Source: an uncultured Melioribacter sp.
GTDB lineage: Bacteria; Bacteroidota; Ignavibacteria; Kapaibacteriales; Kapaibacteriaceae
Length of the DNA: 64,000 nucleotides
Assembly: GCA_964393485.1 (NCBI GenBank)
Contig: CAYMTW010000005.1
Coordinates: 27 to 64,026, forward strand
Direction of reading: 5' to 3'
Position numbers and translations under genes: made by a program
The notes under the pieces: generated by a model
What the model saw: only the letters and a program-made list of their open reading frames with translations
What the model was told of the DNA's origin: nothing
Databases searched by the model: none
Part shown: piece by piece, positions 38,241 to 48,781 of the stretch
How positions within the stretch are numbered: position 1 is the first letter of the stretch
Layout: every line of letters starts with the position of its first letter

Positions 38241-41200
38241 ATGAACATGCAGAACCTCCGTACGGCCCTAATTGCCGCGGTTGTTGTCATGGCTTCTGCC
38301 ATGTCTGTTTCCGCTCAGTCCATCAGCGTCTATGGTGTCAACACCCTGGCATTCCCGAAAATCTCGGTGGACTACATCGCCTTTGATGCAACGGGCAACC
38401 CGATCACCGATCTCGCGGCCCCGGATTTCCGAGTTTCGGAAACTCCCCAAGGGGGCTCGCCAGTTGATCTCACAGCGAGCGTGACACATGACTGCAAGAC
38501 ACTGCAGACCGACCCTGAGGCGAGCATCATCATCATTCTCGACCGCTCACGGTCAATGGATGATGATGTCAACGGCCGAAAGCGCTTCGACTATGCAAAG
38601 GATGCCATCAAGGCTTTTGTGAATCAGGTCAAGTTCGTTGGTGAAACACGGGTGTCACTCGTCACATTCTCCGGCACCGTTGAGAATACGGTGGAGTGGG
38701 CGAGCTCAGCAAAGCCGATCCTCGATTCGCTGCGCCTCATGAGGGTACTGACAAACACCAACTACGTCCTTCCATTTGAAGATCCCTCCCGGAACATCTA
38801 CGATCTCTTCAAAAAGCGTCCGGCTAATCTTCCGAAGTACGTTTTCTTTCTCACCGACGGCCACCCCAATCCAGGTATCGATATCGCTTCTTCGACCAAG
38901 AGCGAAGCCAAGTTCGTTGCCGATAATACCCAGAAGTTGCTTGCTCAGGGAATCCGCTTCTACAGCATCACAATCCTTGAACCAACCACCTATCCGGTGC
39001 TAGAAGATCTGTCGAAAGCAACAGGTGGCAAGTCGATCGTGACAAAGGAAGAACAGCTGGTTGACATCATGCAGTTTCTTGCTTTAGAGACACAGGTCAA
39101 GAAGGTGTGTCAGATCTCGTGGGTGTCCCCGTATACGTGTACGGAGCAGGGACGCAGCCGCGTTGCCGGCATCACCATGTTGCGCGGTACAAAGCCTACG
39201 ACAAATGTCCAGGTGTTCACACCTCCGGCCAGTGTTGCTGGAGTAGAGGTCAGTGATCCAGTGCTGTTTTGTGGCGACCCGGCGCCAAATCAGGCGTCCG
39301 TCGCCCTCGTAACACTCACTGCGCGTGGGGCTACTTTTGCGGCAACCGCTCAAACGATACTTCCGTCAACCTACTTCAAAGTTGTCGACTGGAACTTCCC
39401 GCTCAATCAGACCAATTTCGCCCCTTTCAATCTTCCTCCGGGCGGCAAGCGGGTCATTAAGGTTCAGTTTACGCAGGGTGCAACGCAGTCGTTCCGCCAG
39501 GCTGAACTGGCATTCACAGGATTCCCTTGTCCGCAGAAGATTACGCTGGTCGGCGGTACGGGGGTGGTGTTGCTCCAGTCCCCCGTGGGTGGCGAGCTGT
39601 ACTCGACATGCGACTCCATTCTCATAAAGTGGGCAGGTGTGCTGCCGACGCAACCGGTGAATCTTGAGTACTCGGATGATGGTGGTGCGACATGGAAGTC
39701 GATCAATCCCGCTGCTACCGGTCTTGTATATAAGTGGGTGGCTCCGAAGGCCGGCGTGAACTACAAGGTGCGCGTAAGCGTGTCGCCAGTCCGACAGTTC
39801 GCATGGGCTACGCAGCTCGGCGGTTTCGGCAACGAAACGCCAACCTCAGTGGCTGTTGTTCCGAGTGGCGTAAAGGTGCTTGCAACAGGCTTCTTCGAAG
39901 GAAACACAAAGTTTGGCAATACCACACAGACCGGCGCTGCTGGCAATATCGACGGATACTTTGTCGAGCTTGATTCAGACGGAAAGATCGTCGATCCATC
40001 AAAGGTCCTCCTCCTTGTTGGTACGGCCTCAAACGAGGAGAAGGTCGTTGGATGTGTGGTTGACAACAAGGGCAACTACTACGTTGGGGGATATTTCTCG
40101 AGTCCAGCGGTGACATTTGGTCCCTACCTGCCGTCTCGCGGTCCTCTCGACACACGCAACTACTTTCTGTTCAAGTTTGACTCGACCGGACGTCTCGACT
40201 GGCAAGTCGGCTCCAAGGGATCAAACACGCAGGGCAGCTACTCGATGCTTACCGACATTGGCCTGCGCTATGATGCTGCAGGCAATGTAGAGGTTATCGC
40301 AGCAGGAAAGTTCCAGAGGTATGTTGAAGTGGGACTGAACCGCGCAGGAGCCATCGAACGCTCAGCAGCGTTTCCGAATAATCAGGATCGCGACTTCTAC
40401 GTGTTGTATGACTCCCAGGGTTACCCACGTTTCTTCAGCGGCACCAAGCCGACCACGGGAACGGGGCTTATCTACCAGAGCAAGACTGCCACAGATCGAC
40501 TGAACTTCACCTACGAGACGGGAGATTACGTTGGGTCGAAGACCTTTACGCCACCTGATATCACGATCGGCAACAATTCTGGCCCGGGCGCCAAAGACGT
40601 CTATGTAACAAAGAACGGCGCGGCGCCAGCCTCCAGTGATCAATCAAAAGCAGTCTTCTCGGTCAAGTCGCCTCAATTGGAGTTCCGGCCTAACAAGGTG
40701 ACCTTTGCTTCGATCCCGCAGGGCCAGTCCGATACGCGCACGGCGCAGCTCACCAACATTGGGAACTTTGATGTGACGATCAAGAGCGTCACGATCGCCG
40801 GTGCCAACGGCGCAGATTTCGCCATCGCCGGCAACCTCGTTGGGCAACTTCTCCAGGCAGGCAAATCGCTTGTTGTCGAGGTGATCTTCAATCCGAAAGG
40901 CACCGGCTCACGCACGGCATTGATCGAAGCGATCGGCTCATGTGGATCACCGATCCAACTGTCGCTCGAAGGCGTTAGCACAGCCCCCTGCCTTGTTGAA
41001 ACGAATGCTTTTGTCGATCAGGGCAAGGTGCCATTGAGCCAACCACGCCAGATGAAGATCACATGCATGTTGAAGAATGTCGGCCCTCTTGCGATCACTG
41101 GCAACCTGCAGGTCGTTACTCCAGATCCTGACATCACGGTAACAAACACCGGTGCATTCACCGTAGCACCAGGCGCGTGTCTTGACGTGAACATTGATGT

Positions 41201-42965
41201 CAAAGCAGCAACACCTGGCGTCAAGCAAATCAAAGTTGGCTACGGGCTACCTCCCGAACTCTGCGGTGATGCCCAGTCAACCATCAAAGTGGAGATCGTC
41301 GAACCACGGGTGATCATCGACAGCGTAGATCTTGGCAGAGTGCGCATGCTGACCCCGACGAACGGGACGATCAGCGTTTCAAATCTCAACACCGAGGAAG
41401 CGGAGATCGTTTCGATCACGGCCTCCGATCCAGGCAATCCGAACCTCGTCTTTACAATACCCGCACCGCAGAAGCTTGCCCCTGGAGAGGTCGTCAAGAT
41501 CCCGGTCGTCTATACACCGCAGTCACGTGGCGCACACACGGCCAATGTTGTAGTGGTGATCAAGGGTAAGGAAGGCGCACCACTGACCGGTCAGGCCAAG
41601 GGATTTGGCTTCCTGCCGGCCATCAAGGCAACTGGGTACAAGTTCGCACCGTGGACTGTGAGCACGACTTCGCCAGAGCAAGGCAAAGTGGTCATTCAGA
41701 ATACCGACAGCGAAAGTGCGCTGGTGATCAACGGCGTGTCCTTCGAGAACCCGACGTCGCCGCTGTCATTTGCAGCCAATGTTACGGGATTCCCGATCAC
41801 GCTGCAGCCTGGCTCTCCAGCGATCGAAATCCCCGTTACCTTTACGCCACAGGTTGTTGGTAACAACACCGTCAGTGTGCGCATTAGCCACGATGCGAAG
41901 ACCGGTCCTGGGCTAGTTCCACCGTACAGTGACACGATCGTCATTGTAGAGGGCTTGGGCCGTGACCCGTCATCCCTGCAACCCGTGGTGTTCCCCAAGA
42001 CCCTGACGTGTGCTACTCGTCAGCAGACAATCGACATCACCAACGCCAGCGCACAGTTTGATCTCGTCTGCCAAGCTCCTGCCGGCACAGGAGATGTGGC
42101 AGCCTTTTCGCTTGACCAGACAACGGGCTTCACCCTAAGGCCAGGGCAGACGAAGACGATCACTATCACCTTCCAGCCACAGACCATTGGAAGTGCAACT
42201 GCTTCCTATGCGATCGTCAACGATCAGAACCTCAAACTCAACATCAGCGTCAGTGGTGAGGGTATAAATACGCCTGTCAACTTCTCCTTCGGAACTATCA
42301 ACGAAGGAAAGATCGGCCAGGCCGTCAGTACCCCGATCAACGTCTCCTATAACGCCGCCGACTTCGCCGGCGCAACGCCGACGCAGTTCAACCTCACGCT
42401 GACGCACGATGCCACATCGATGAAGTTCAAGGGCATCACAGCGCAACAAGCAGGTTGGACGTTCCTTCCGATAGCGACAGTTGGTAGACTCGACATTGCC
42501 GCAACGTCAGTAGCTGGTGGGCTGGCACAAGGGCTCTTCGTTACACCATCGTTTGATGTGTATCTCAATGCAGATTCATCGTTGCCGATCAAACTTTCAG
42601 TGACGACACCGCTGAACTGCCTGGTTCCTGTTGGAAGTCAGACCGGCGTCAAGATGGGTGTGGTCTGTTTCACAAGTGGCCGCCTCGTGGAGTTCGGCAA
42701 GACACTTGCTGGACTTGCCAAGCCTCTGGGCAACCCGGTTCGAGATGTGGTGACGATACCGTACTCAACGGGACTTACGTTGTCTACCTCCTTCCAGATC
42801 GTCAACACCATGGGTGACCTTGTTCTGGAAGTGCATAGTCCCGTGGTACCATCAGGCGACTATGTTCTCGAGGCAGACGTCAGCGGCCTGTCGAACGGCC
42901 TCTACTTCGTCCGTATGGTAAGCGGTCCGTACACGGCCACGACATCGTTCAACGTCGTACGGTAA
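38241..42965 (+). CDS. Giant secreted protein C (~1574 aa): vWA domain, SBBP-like beta-propeller repeats, tandem Ig-like (choice-of-anchor-D/ASH type) domains, T9SS C-terminal domain
   Basis: Start is ATG 38241 or 38247 (GAGGA upstream), with signal [18 protein letters not shown]. Intact MIDAS (ILDRSRSMD...LTDGHPN). Repeats such as [11 protein letters not shown]...[13 protein letters not shown] and [31 protein letters not shown]. The tail is [22 protein letters not shown]. Confidence 0.8.
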   Translation: MNMQNLRTALIAAVVVMASAMSVSAQSISVYGVNTLAFPKISVDYIAFDATGNPITDLAAPDFRVSETPQGGSPVDLTASVTHDCKTLQTDPEASIIIILDRSRSMDDDVNGRKRFDYAKDAIKAFVNQVKFVGETRVSLVTFSGTVENTVEWASSAKPILDSLRLMRVLTNTNYVLPFEDPSRNIYDLFKKRPANLPKYVFFLTDGHPNPGIDIASSTKSEAKFVADNTQKLLAQGIRFYSITILEPTTYPVLEDLSKATGGKSIVTKEEQLVDIMQFLALETQVKKVCQISWVSPYTCTEQGRSRVAGITMLRGTKPTTNVQVFTPPASVAGVEVSDPVLFCGDPAPNQASVALVTLTARGATFAATAQTILPSTYFKVVDWNFPLNQTNFAPFNLPPGGKRVIKVQFTQGATQSFRQAELAFTGFPCPQKITLVGGTGVVLLQSPVGGELYSTCDSILIKWAGVLPTQPVNLEYSDDGGATWKSINPAATGLVYKWVAPKAGVNYKVRVSVSPVRQFAWATQLGGFGNETPTSVAVVPSGVKVLATGFFEGNTKFGNTTQTGAAGNIDGYFVELDSDGKIVDPSKVLLLVGTASNEEKVVGCVVDNKGNYYVGGYFSSPAVTFGPYLPSRGPLDTRNYFLFKFDSTGRLDWQVGSKGSNTQGSYSMLTDIGLRYDAAGNVEVIAAGKFQRYVEVGLNRAGAIERSAAFPNNQDRDFYVLYDSQGYPRFFSGTKPTTGTGLIYQSKTATDRLNFTYETGDYVGSKTFTPPDITIGNNSGPGAKDVYVTKNGAAPASSDQSKAVFSVKSPQLEFRPNKVTFASIPQGQSDTRTAQLTNIGNFDVTIKSVTIAGANGADFAIAGNLVGQLLQAGKSLVVEVIFNPKGTGSRTALIEAIGSCGSPIQLSLEGVSTAPCLVETNAFVDQGKVPLSQPRQMKITCMLKNVGPLAITGNLQVVTPDPDITVTNTGAFTVAPGACLDVNIDVKAATPGVKQIKVGYGLPPELCGDAQSTIKVEIVEPRVIIDSVDLGRVRMLTPTNGTISVSNLNTEEAEIVSITASDPGNPNLVFTIPAPQKLAPGEVVKIPVVYTPQSRGAHTANVVVVIKGKEGAPLTGQAKGFGFLPAIKATGYKFAPWTVSTTSPEQGKVVIQNTDSESALVINGVSFENPTSPLSFAANVTGFPITLQPGSPAIEIPVTFTPQVVGNNTVSVRISHDAKTGPGLVPPYSDTIVIVEGLGRDPSSLQPVVFPKTLTCATRQQTIDITNASAQFDLVCQAPAGTGDVAAFSLDQTTGFTLRPGQTKTITITFQPQTIGSATASYAIVNDQNLKLNISVSGEGINTPVNFSFGTINEGKIGQAVSTPINVSYNAADFAGATPTQFNLTLTHDATSMKFKGITAQQAGWTFLPIATVGRLDIAATSVAGGLAQGLFVTPSFDVYLNADSSLPIKLSVTTPLNCLVPVGSQTGVKMGVVCFTSGRLVEFGKTLAGLAKPLGNPVRDVVTIPYSTGLTLSTSFQIVNTMGDLVLEVHSPVVPSGDYVLEADVSGLSNGLYFVRMVSGPYTATTSFNVVR

Positions 42966-42992
42966 ACAGACATCAGGCAAAAGCCAATATCA

Positions 42993-43030
42993 GCGGGCGG
43001 CTCTCTCAGGGAGCCGCCCGCTTCGTTTTC
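42993..43030 (+). terminator. Rho-independent terminator after giant protein C
   Basis: Perfect 11-bp stem gcgggcggctc / gagccgcccgc, 7-nt loop, followed by ttcgttttcg. Confidence 0.8.
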
Positions 43031-43074
43031 GTACCTTTGCACGCATTCAACACAGCTCTCATGTTGAGGAAATC

Positions 43075-44139
43075 ATGATCGATCGCATCACCAGTGCACT
43101 TGGCAAGCAAGCCCCTTTCCTGCTCGAACATACCTGCACAACCATTGATCGTTCTTCGATCATGGCCCCCTCACCGTCATCCGTAAGTGACGTGTTTGGC
43201 GGATCGGACCGCAACAATCGGGTCCTGGCGAATCTCCAGCGAATACACTCAACAGGTCGACTGGCTGATACCGGCTACGTTTCGATCCTTCCGGTGGATC
43301 AGGGCATCGAGCACAGCGCCGGCGCATCATTTGCCAAGAACCCGATCTACTTTGACCCAATGCGCATTGTTGAACTGGCCATTGAAGGGGGCTGCAATGC
43401 CGTTGCCTCTACCTTCGGTGTGCTGGGCAATGTTGCACGCACGTATGCCCATCACATCCCGTTCGTTGTCAAGATCAATCACAACGAGCTTCTGACATAC
43501 CCTAATAAGTCTGATCAGATCCTCTTTGGAACTGTACGCCAAGCGCATGACATGGGTGCCGCCGCCATCGGAGCCACGATCTACTTTGGTTCACCCGAAA
43601 GTGCACGTCAGATCGTTGAGATCTCCCAGGCCTTTGCTCTGGCCCATGAGCTCGGCATGGCCACGATACTGTGGTGTTATCTGCGCAATCCTTCATTCAA
43701 GTCTGACAAAGACTATCACGTGGCAGCCGACCTGACAGGTCAGGCCAACCATCTCGGTGTTACGATCGGTGCGGATATCATCAAGCAGAAGCTCCCTGAA
43801 AACAATGGCGGATTTCAGGCCCTGAATATGGGTGGTTCCAGCTATGGCAAGCTAGACACTCGGATGTACACAGAGCTTTCCTCGGACCATCCGATCGATC
43901 TGTGTCGATATCAAGTGGCTAATTGCTACATGGGGCGTATTGGACTTATCAACTCCGGCGGCGCTTCTGGCGACAACGACATGGAGGAAGCTATCGCCAC
44001 GGCGGTGATCAACAAGCGAGCCGGCGGTATGGGACTGATCTCAGGACGTAAGGCATTCCAACGACCGATGAACGAAGGTGTCGAGCTCCTGCATGCCATC
44101 CAGGATGTCTATTTGTGTCAGGATGTGACGATCGCCTGA
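43075..44139 (+). CDS. fbaB: Class I fructose-bisphosphate aldolase (FbaB/DhnA type)
   Basis: Near full-length collinearity with E. coli FbaB as I recall it ([63 protein letters not shown]). GAGGAAA Shine-Dalgarno upstream. Confidence 0.9.
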   Translation: MIDRITSALGKQAPFLLEHTCTTIDRSSIMAPSPSSVSDVFGGSDRNNRVLANLQRIHSTGRLADTGYVSILPVDQGIEHSAGASFAKNPIYFDPMRIVELAIEGGCNAVASTFGVLGNVARTYAHHIPFVVKINHNELLTYPNKSDQILFGTVRQAHDMGAAAIGATIYFGSPESARQIVEISQAFALAHELGMATILWCYLRNPSFKSDKDYHVAADLTGQANHLGVTIGADIIKQKLPENNGGFQALNMGGSSYGKLDTRMYTELSSDHPIDLCRYQVANCYMGRIGLINSGGASGDNDMEEAIATAVINKRAGGMGLISGRKAFQRPMNEGVELLHAIQDVYLCQDVTIA

Positions 44140-45896
44140 TGTCCGACACCCGCCCGTCTGGCGCTCTGAGTGAGCTCAAGCGCCTGCTCCCCTATCTCAG
44201 ACGTTATCGAGGCCGCACGACGCTCGGGCTTGCCTTCATCACGCTGTCCAACGTCTGCTCAACAACCGTACCTCATGTGGTCGGCACGACCATCGATACG
44301 CTCAAGCAGAATGACATTTCCCAGCAGAGCGTGCCATGGCTGATCTCGCAGATCCTGCTACTGACAATTGGTAGCGGATTCTTCATGTTTTGCACCCGTC
44401 GAACGATCATCGTGATGTCACGCCTTGTGGAAGAAGATCTGCGGAACGATTTCACTGGCGCCTTGAAGAAGCAACCAGCCCGGTTCTTTCATGACAGATC
44501 CACCGGTTCTTTGCTTGCACACTTCTCCAATGACATCGGCTCGGTACGCGAGTTTATCGGCCCGGCCATCATGTACACCGCCAATACGATCACCACGTTT
44601 GCCTTAGCACTGTGGTGGATGGTGAAGCTCAATGGCTGGCTTTCAGCGGCCATCCTCATTCCCGTTCCACTTGTTGCTACACTGACGTATCGACTGGGTC
44701 GGAAGATCCACGCCAACTACCGGACGGTTCAAGAGCATTATGAGCACATCACGACGCATGCCCAGGAATCGGCTTCCGGCATCCGCGTGATCAGGGCCTA
44801 TGCCCGCGGTGAAAACGAGGCACACCGTTTCGATGATCTCAGCCGCGATTACTATCGTAAGAACATGCGCCTAGCCCGCGTGCAGGCACTCATGATGCCG
44901 GGTATGACGGTGCTGTTCAACCTGAGTTACGTGATTGTCATCGGCTTCGGCGGCTATCTTGTGGCTACCAGTGCACTGACCGTCGGTGAGCTTACCCAGT
45001 TCTTTATCTACCTCAACCAGCTGTTGTGGCCTATTGCCGCCATCGGCTGGGTAACAAGTATGATCCAGCGCGGAGCAGCCTCCATTGGTCGCCTCGGAGC
45101 GATCATCGACGCCTCGTCGAGCATTGTCTCTGGCGAGTCAGCACAGCATGAGATCGTTGGAAAGGTAGAATTTCAAAATGTTGGTCTATCGTACGAGCCC
45201 GGCAGCGCGGTCCTGGAGGATATCTCATTCCGAATCGAACCCGGTGAAAGCCTCGGCATCGTCGGGTCCGTTGGAAGTGGCAAGTCGTCGATCATCGGAT
45301 TGCTTCCCCGACTGTACGATGTCACCTCTGGCAGCGTCACCATTGACGGCATTGATGTTCGAGACATGTCGCTCACCGACCTGCGTGCGGGCATTGCCGT
45401 TGTGCCGCAGGAGTCGTTCCTGTTCTCCGAGACGATCCGGGAGAACATCCGGTTCGGAAGACCCGAGGCCACCGATGAGGAAGTTACGCGGGCCGCGGAG
45501 ATTGCCCAGCTCCCAACGGACATCTCGACGCTTCCGGCAGGATTCGATACCGTTGTAGGCGAGCGTGGTGTGACGCTGTCAGGGGGCCAAAAGCAGCGGA
45601 CATCGCTGGCTCGCGCCATCCTGAGCGATCCACGTATCCTTATCCTCGACGATTCCCTCTCTGCCGTCGATGCTTCAACGGAGGATCGAATTCTAGCTGG
45701 ACTGCAACATGTGATGAAAGGTCGAACAACGATCCTTGTTTCGCATCGCATCTCTACTGTACAGCAGTGCACAAACATCCTTGTCCTTGATCATGGTCGG
45801 ATTATCGAGCACGGCTCGCATGCCGAACTTCTTCAGCGCAAGGGTCACTATTTTGACATGTACGAACGCCAACAACTCGAGCAGCAACTCTCATGA
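44139..45896 (+). CDS. ABC transporter, fused permease/ATPase (type I exporter, MsbA/MdlB-like)
   Basis: Six-TM N-terminal domain, Walker A GSVGSGKSS, signature LSGGQKQR and Walker B ILILDD. ATG 44139 shares 1 nt (44139) with the final base of the fbaB TGA stop at 44137-44139. Confidence 0.85.
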   Translation: MSDTRPSGALSELKRLLPYLRRYRGRTTLGLAFITLSNVCSTTVPHVVGTTIDTLKQNDISQQSVPWLISQILLLTIGSGFFMFCTRRTIIVMSRLVEEDLRNDFTGALKKQPARFFHDRSTGSLLAHFSNDIGSVREFIGPAIMYTANTITTFALALWWMVKLNGWLSAAILIPVPLVATLTYRLGRKIHANYRTVQEHYEHITTHAQESASGIRVIRAYARGENEAHRFDDLSRDYYRKNMRLARVQALMMPGMTVLFNLSYVIVIGFGGYLVATSALTVGELTQFFIYLNQLLWPIAAIGWVTSMIQRGAASIGRLGAIIDASSSIVSGESAQHEIVGKVEFQNVGLSYEPGSAVLEDISFRIEPGESLGIVGSVGSGKSSIIGLLPRLYDVTSGSVTIDGIDVRDMSLTDLRAGIAVVPQESFLFSETIRENIRFGRPEATDEEVTRAAEIAQLPTDISTLPAGFDTVVGERGVTLSGGQKQRTSLARAILSDPRILILDDSLSAVDASTEDRILAGLQHVMKGRTTILVSHRISTVQQCTNILVLDHGRIIEHGSHAELLQRKGHYFDMYERQQLEQQLS

Positions 45897-47254
45897 ATGT
45901 CCATTCCTCGGTCCTCGACCTTATTGGCCGCACGCCCCTTGTCCGCCTGAATGCCATCACTCGGGACATCAAGGCCACGGTCCTTGTCAAGCTTGAATCC
46001 CGCAATCCTGGCGGTTCGATAAAGGACCGTATTGGGATTGCCATGATCGAGGATGCCGAACGCAGTGGCAGGCTCAAACCGGGTTCGATGATTATTGAAC
46101 CGACCAGCGGCAACACCGGGATCGGGCTGACCATTGCTGCTCGTCTCAAAGGATATCCATGTCTGTTGGTGACGACCGACAAGGCCTCAGTCGAGCGTGT
46201 GCGCTACATCAAGGCTCTTGGAGGCGAGGTGCTTATCATGCCGAGCGCTGCAAAGCCCAGCTCGCCGGAATACTACGTCAATACAGCCCAGCGTCTGGCG
46301 GGCGAGATTCCCGGTGCTGTGATCCTGAACCAGTATGACAATCCTGCGAACGGTGATGTTCATGAGCGGACCACGGGACCCGAGATTTGGCAGGACACAG
46401 ATGGGAAGATCACGCATTTCGTTGCGGGGATGGGAACCGGCGGCACCATCAGCGGCACGGCCCGGTATCTCAAGAAAATGAATCCGAACATCAAGGTCAT
46501 TGCCGGTGATCCGGTCGGTTCATCGTTGAAGGTGTACAAAGAAACCGGACGCCTGATCGAGTCGTTACCCTATCTGGTCGAAGGTGTTGGCCAGGACCGC
46601 TTGCCGGACAACCTTGATCTCAACCTTGTCGATGAGATCATCAACGTCAACGACAAAGAAGCCTTCACGATGGCCCGGCAGCTGGCGCGTCAGGAGGGAA
46701 TCTTTTGCGGAGGTTCATCGGGGATGAACGTTGCAGCAGCCCTGCGTCTTGCTGCCACGTTGGATGAAAACGCGGTGGTTGTGGTCATCGTCTGCGACAC
46801 AGGTGAACGATACCTCACCAAGCACCACTCCGACGAATGGCTCGAAGAGAAGGATCTGCTCGACCGTGAGCGCATCACGGTGAGGGATGTTGTGGCAGCA
46901 AAGCGCTCACGCGGCACACTACCGTCGATTGTGAGCGTGCCACCAGCGGCAACCATCTCCGAGGCCCTTGCCCTGATGAGCTCCCATGAGGTCAGCGATC
47001 TTCCCGTGATCGAGGCCGACGGTATCCACGGTATGGTACGCGAAGCAAAGCTGATGTCGGCCGTTATCAACGAGCGTGATGTTCTTTCCGCAAGCGTGAC
47101 AACGATCATGGACCCGGCATGTCCGCAGGTCGATGTCCATAATGACATTCAGACAGCCATCCAGCTGCTGCGCACTGCGCCCCTCGTTGCCGTGACCGAG
47201 TTTGGCCGCATCAGCGGGGTACTGACACGTCACGATGTACTCGAGTACCTGTAA
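45893..47254 (+). CDS. Cystathionine beta-synthase-like PLP enzyme (CysK/CBS fold plus C-terminal CBS-domain pair)
   Basis: PLP-lysine context NPGGSIKDR, TSGNTGIGL and GTGGTISG. The C-terminal ~130 aa have the CBS-pair pattern. Confidence 0.8.
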   Translation: MNVHSSVLDLIGRTPLVRLNAITRDIKATVLVKLESRNPGGSIKDRIGIAMIEDAERSGRLKPGSMIIEPTSGNTGIGLTIAARLKGYPCLLVTTDKASVERVRYIKALGGEVLIMPSAAKPSSPEYYVNTAQRLAGEIPGAVILNQYDNPANGDVHERTTGPEIWQDTDGKITHFVAGMGTGGTISGTARYLKKMNPNIKVIAGDPVGSSLKVYKETGRLIESLPYLVEGVGQDRLPDNLDLNLVDEIINVNDKEAFTMARQLARQEGIFCGGSSGMNVAAALRLAATLDENAVVVVIVCDTGERYLTKHHSDEWLEEKDLLDRERITVRDVVAAKRSRGTLPSIVSVPPAATISEALALMSSHEVSDLPVIEADGIHGMVREAKLMSAVINERDVLSASVTTIMDPACPQVDVHNDIQTAIQLLRTAPLVAVTEFGRISGVLTRHDVLEYL

Positions 47255-47269
47255 GAACAGCCGACGTAC

Positions 47270-48100
47270 TTACTCAGCACTCTGAACCGGCTTGTACCAG
47301 GTCAGATCCACTGCGTCTTCGCCACCGTCAACGCCGAGCACTTCACCGTTGATCCAATAGGCATTGTCCTGCACAAGAAGACGAAGAACATTGGCAACGT
47401 CTTCCGGTGTAGTTAGGCGGTGATACGGATTGCGCATCAGCGCATTGTTGACGATCACGTCGTTGCCGGGAATCTTTGACAGAGCCGGCGTAGCCGTGAC
47501 ACCTGCGCGGATCGTGTTGGCTGTGATACCATAGGGAGCCAGCTCCATGCCAAGCTGGCGACAATAAGATTCCATTGCTGCCTTAGCGGCGGACACTGCA
47601 CCATACATCGGCAGAACGCGAGTGGCGCCGGCACTGGTAAGTCCAATGATGCGTCCACCGCGATCCATGAGCCCCCTGCGGACAAGATCTTGTGTGTAGT
47701 AGATGATGGAATTGGCCATCACATCCATCGTCATCTCGAGGTTCTTCTGGCTGATCGCATCGCCTGGGTTTTCAGCGATGAAAGGCTTAAGAGTCCCGAA
47801 GGCCAATGAATGAAGCATCAACCGAACCGTTGACCCAGGATGAGCGTCGAACTCGGCGCGGATGCCATCGATGACCTCAGCGCGACGATCGGGATCAGCG
47901 GCGTTCACGTTGAAAAATACACTCCGCACGCCGAGTGCCGAGATTTCACTCTTCAGCTCCTCAACCTGCTGCAAACCTGCTGCACGATCAAGATGCACTC
48001 CAATGATATGCAGACCCTGCTGAGCCATGGCCAGCGCCGCCGCGCGGCCGAAACCGCTGGATACTCCGAGGATGAGGGCATAGTGACGTGTAGAGGCCAT
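47270..48100 (-). CDS. SDR-fold oxidoreductase with a Y-x6-K active-site spacing (enoyl-ACP reductase FabI/FabL-like)
   Basis: Gly-rich ILGVSSGFGRA NAD(P)-binding loop. MYGAVSAAKAA gives Tyr-x6-Lys rather than the classical SDR YxxxK. Confidence 0.5.
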   Translation of the reverse strand: MASTRHYALILGVSSGFGRAAALAMAQQGLHIIGVHLDRAAGLQQVEELKSEISALGVRSVFFNVNAADPDRRAEVIDGIRAEFDAHPGSTVRLMLHSLAFGTLKPFIAENPGDAISQKNLEMTMDVMANSIIYYTQDLVRRGLMDRGGRIIGLTSAGATRVLPMYGAVSAAKAAMESYCRQLGMELAPYGITANTIRAGVTATPALSKIPGNDVIVNNALMRNPYHRLTTPEDVANVLRLLVQDNAYWINGEVLGVDGGEDAVDLTWYKPVQSAE

Positions 48101-48142
48101 GGGTACAGAATCCGTAAATGTGAAAGCAGTCAGGCCGCAAAA

Positions 48143-48781
48143 CTATGGCTTTTGGCGGAGGAAGTAATACGGCCCCTTGGTCGCGCCCCAGACCTGCTGG
48201 CCATCTGGTGTGAAGCCACGATCCCAGCTGGTAAGAATCTTCTCAGCAATGTTTACCTCCGACGTTGCATACGATGCCCCACGGATATCACTTGCACAGG
48301 CTGTTCCGTGGGTACTGCCGAAGAACTTAAACTCATCACGCTGCAGGTACACCTCACACCCACGTCTCTGCAAGAGATCCACTGGTGACATCTCGGCAAC
48401 CATCGCAGAATCTTTCCAAGCACCGATAACGCGCTTAGGGTCCTTCCATGTATAGATCTCGATCTCGATCATATTCTCTTCTACGCGCTGAAGGCGATAC
48501 ACCCTCTGTCTGTAGGGGGCTTGTGGTGAACTGGCCATGGCTTGCTCGACGATTATCCAGATACCATCTGTACGTGTTGGCCATATCCGCCTCATGTGCA
48601 GCTCAACATGGTAGTAGTTTGAGTCGAACTTGGCCTGACGCTCGCTGGAAAACGAGCCTGTGAGCCACAATGCCAGAGTGTCGAGATCATCGTCGGCCGC
48701 AGCGTGCACTCCTGGAGCAAGCCCCATGGTGCAGAGCATAACGAGTGCGACGATCGATCTTCTGATCGCGATCGATGCCAT
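48143..48781 (-). CDS. CpcT/CpeT-family (DUF1001) lipocalin-like protein, secreted
   Basis: Signal peptide, then WLTGSFSSERQA...PYRQRVYRL...RRGCEVYL...SWDRGF...WGATKGPYYF, which is collinear with CpcT-family conserved blocks. Confidence 0.6.
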   Translation of the reverse strand: MASIAIRRSIVALVMLCTMGLAPGVHAAADDDLDTLALWLTGSFSSERQAKFDSNYYHVELHMRRIWPTRTDGIWIIVEQAMASSPQAPYRQRVYRLQRVEENMIEIEIYTWKDPKRVIGAWKDSAMVAEMSPVDLLQRRGCEVYLQRDEFKFFGSTHGTACASDIRGASYATSEVNIAEKILTSWDRGFTPDGQQVWGATKGPYYFLRQKP

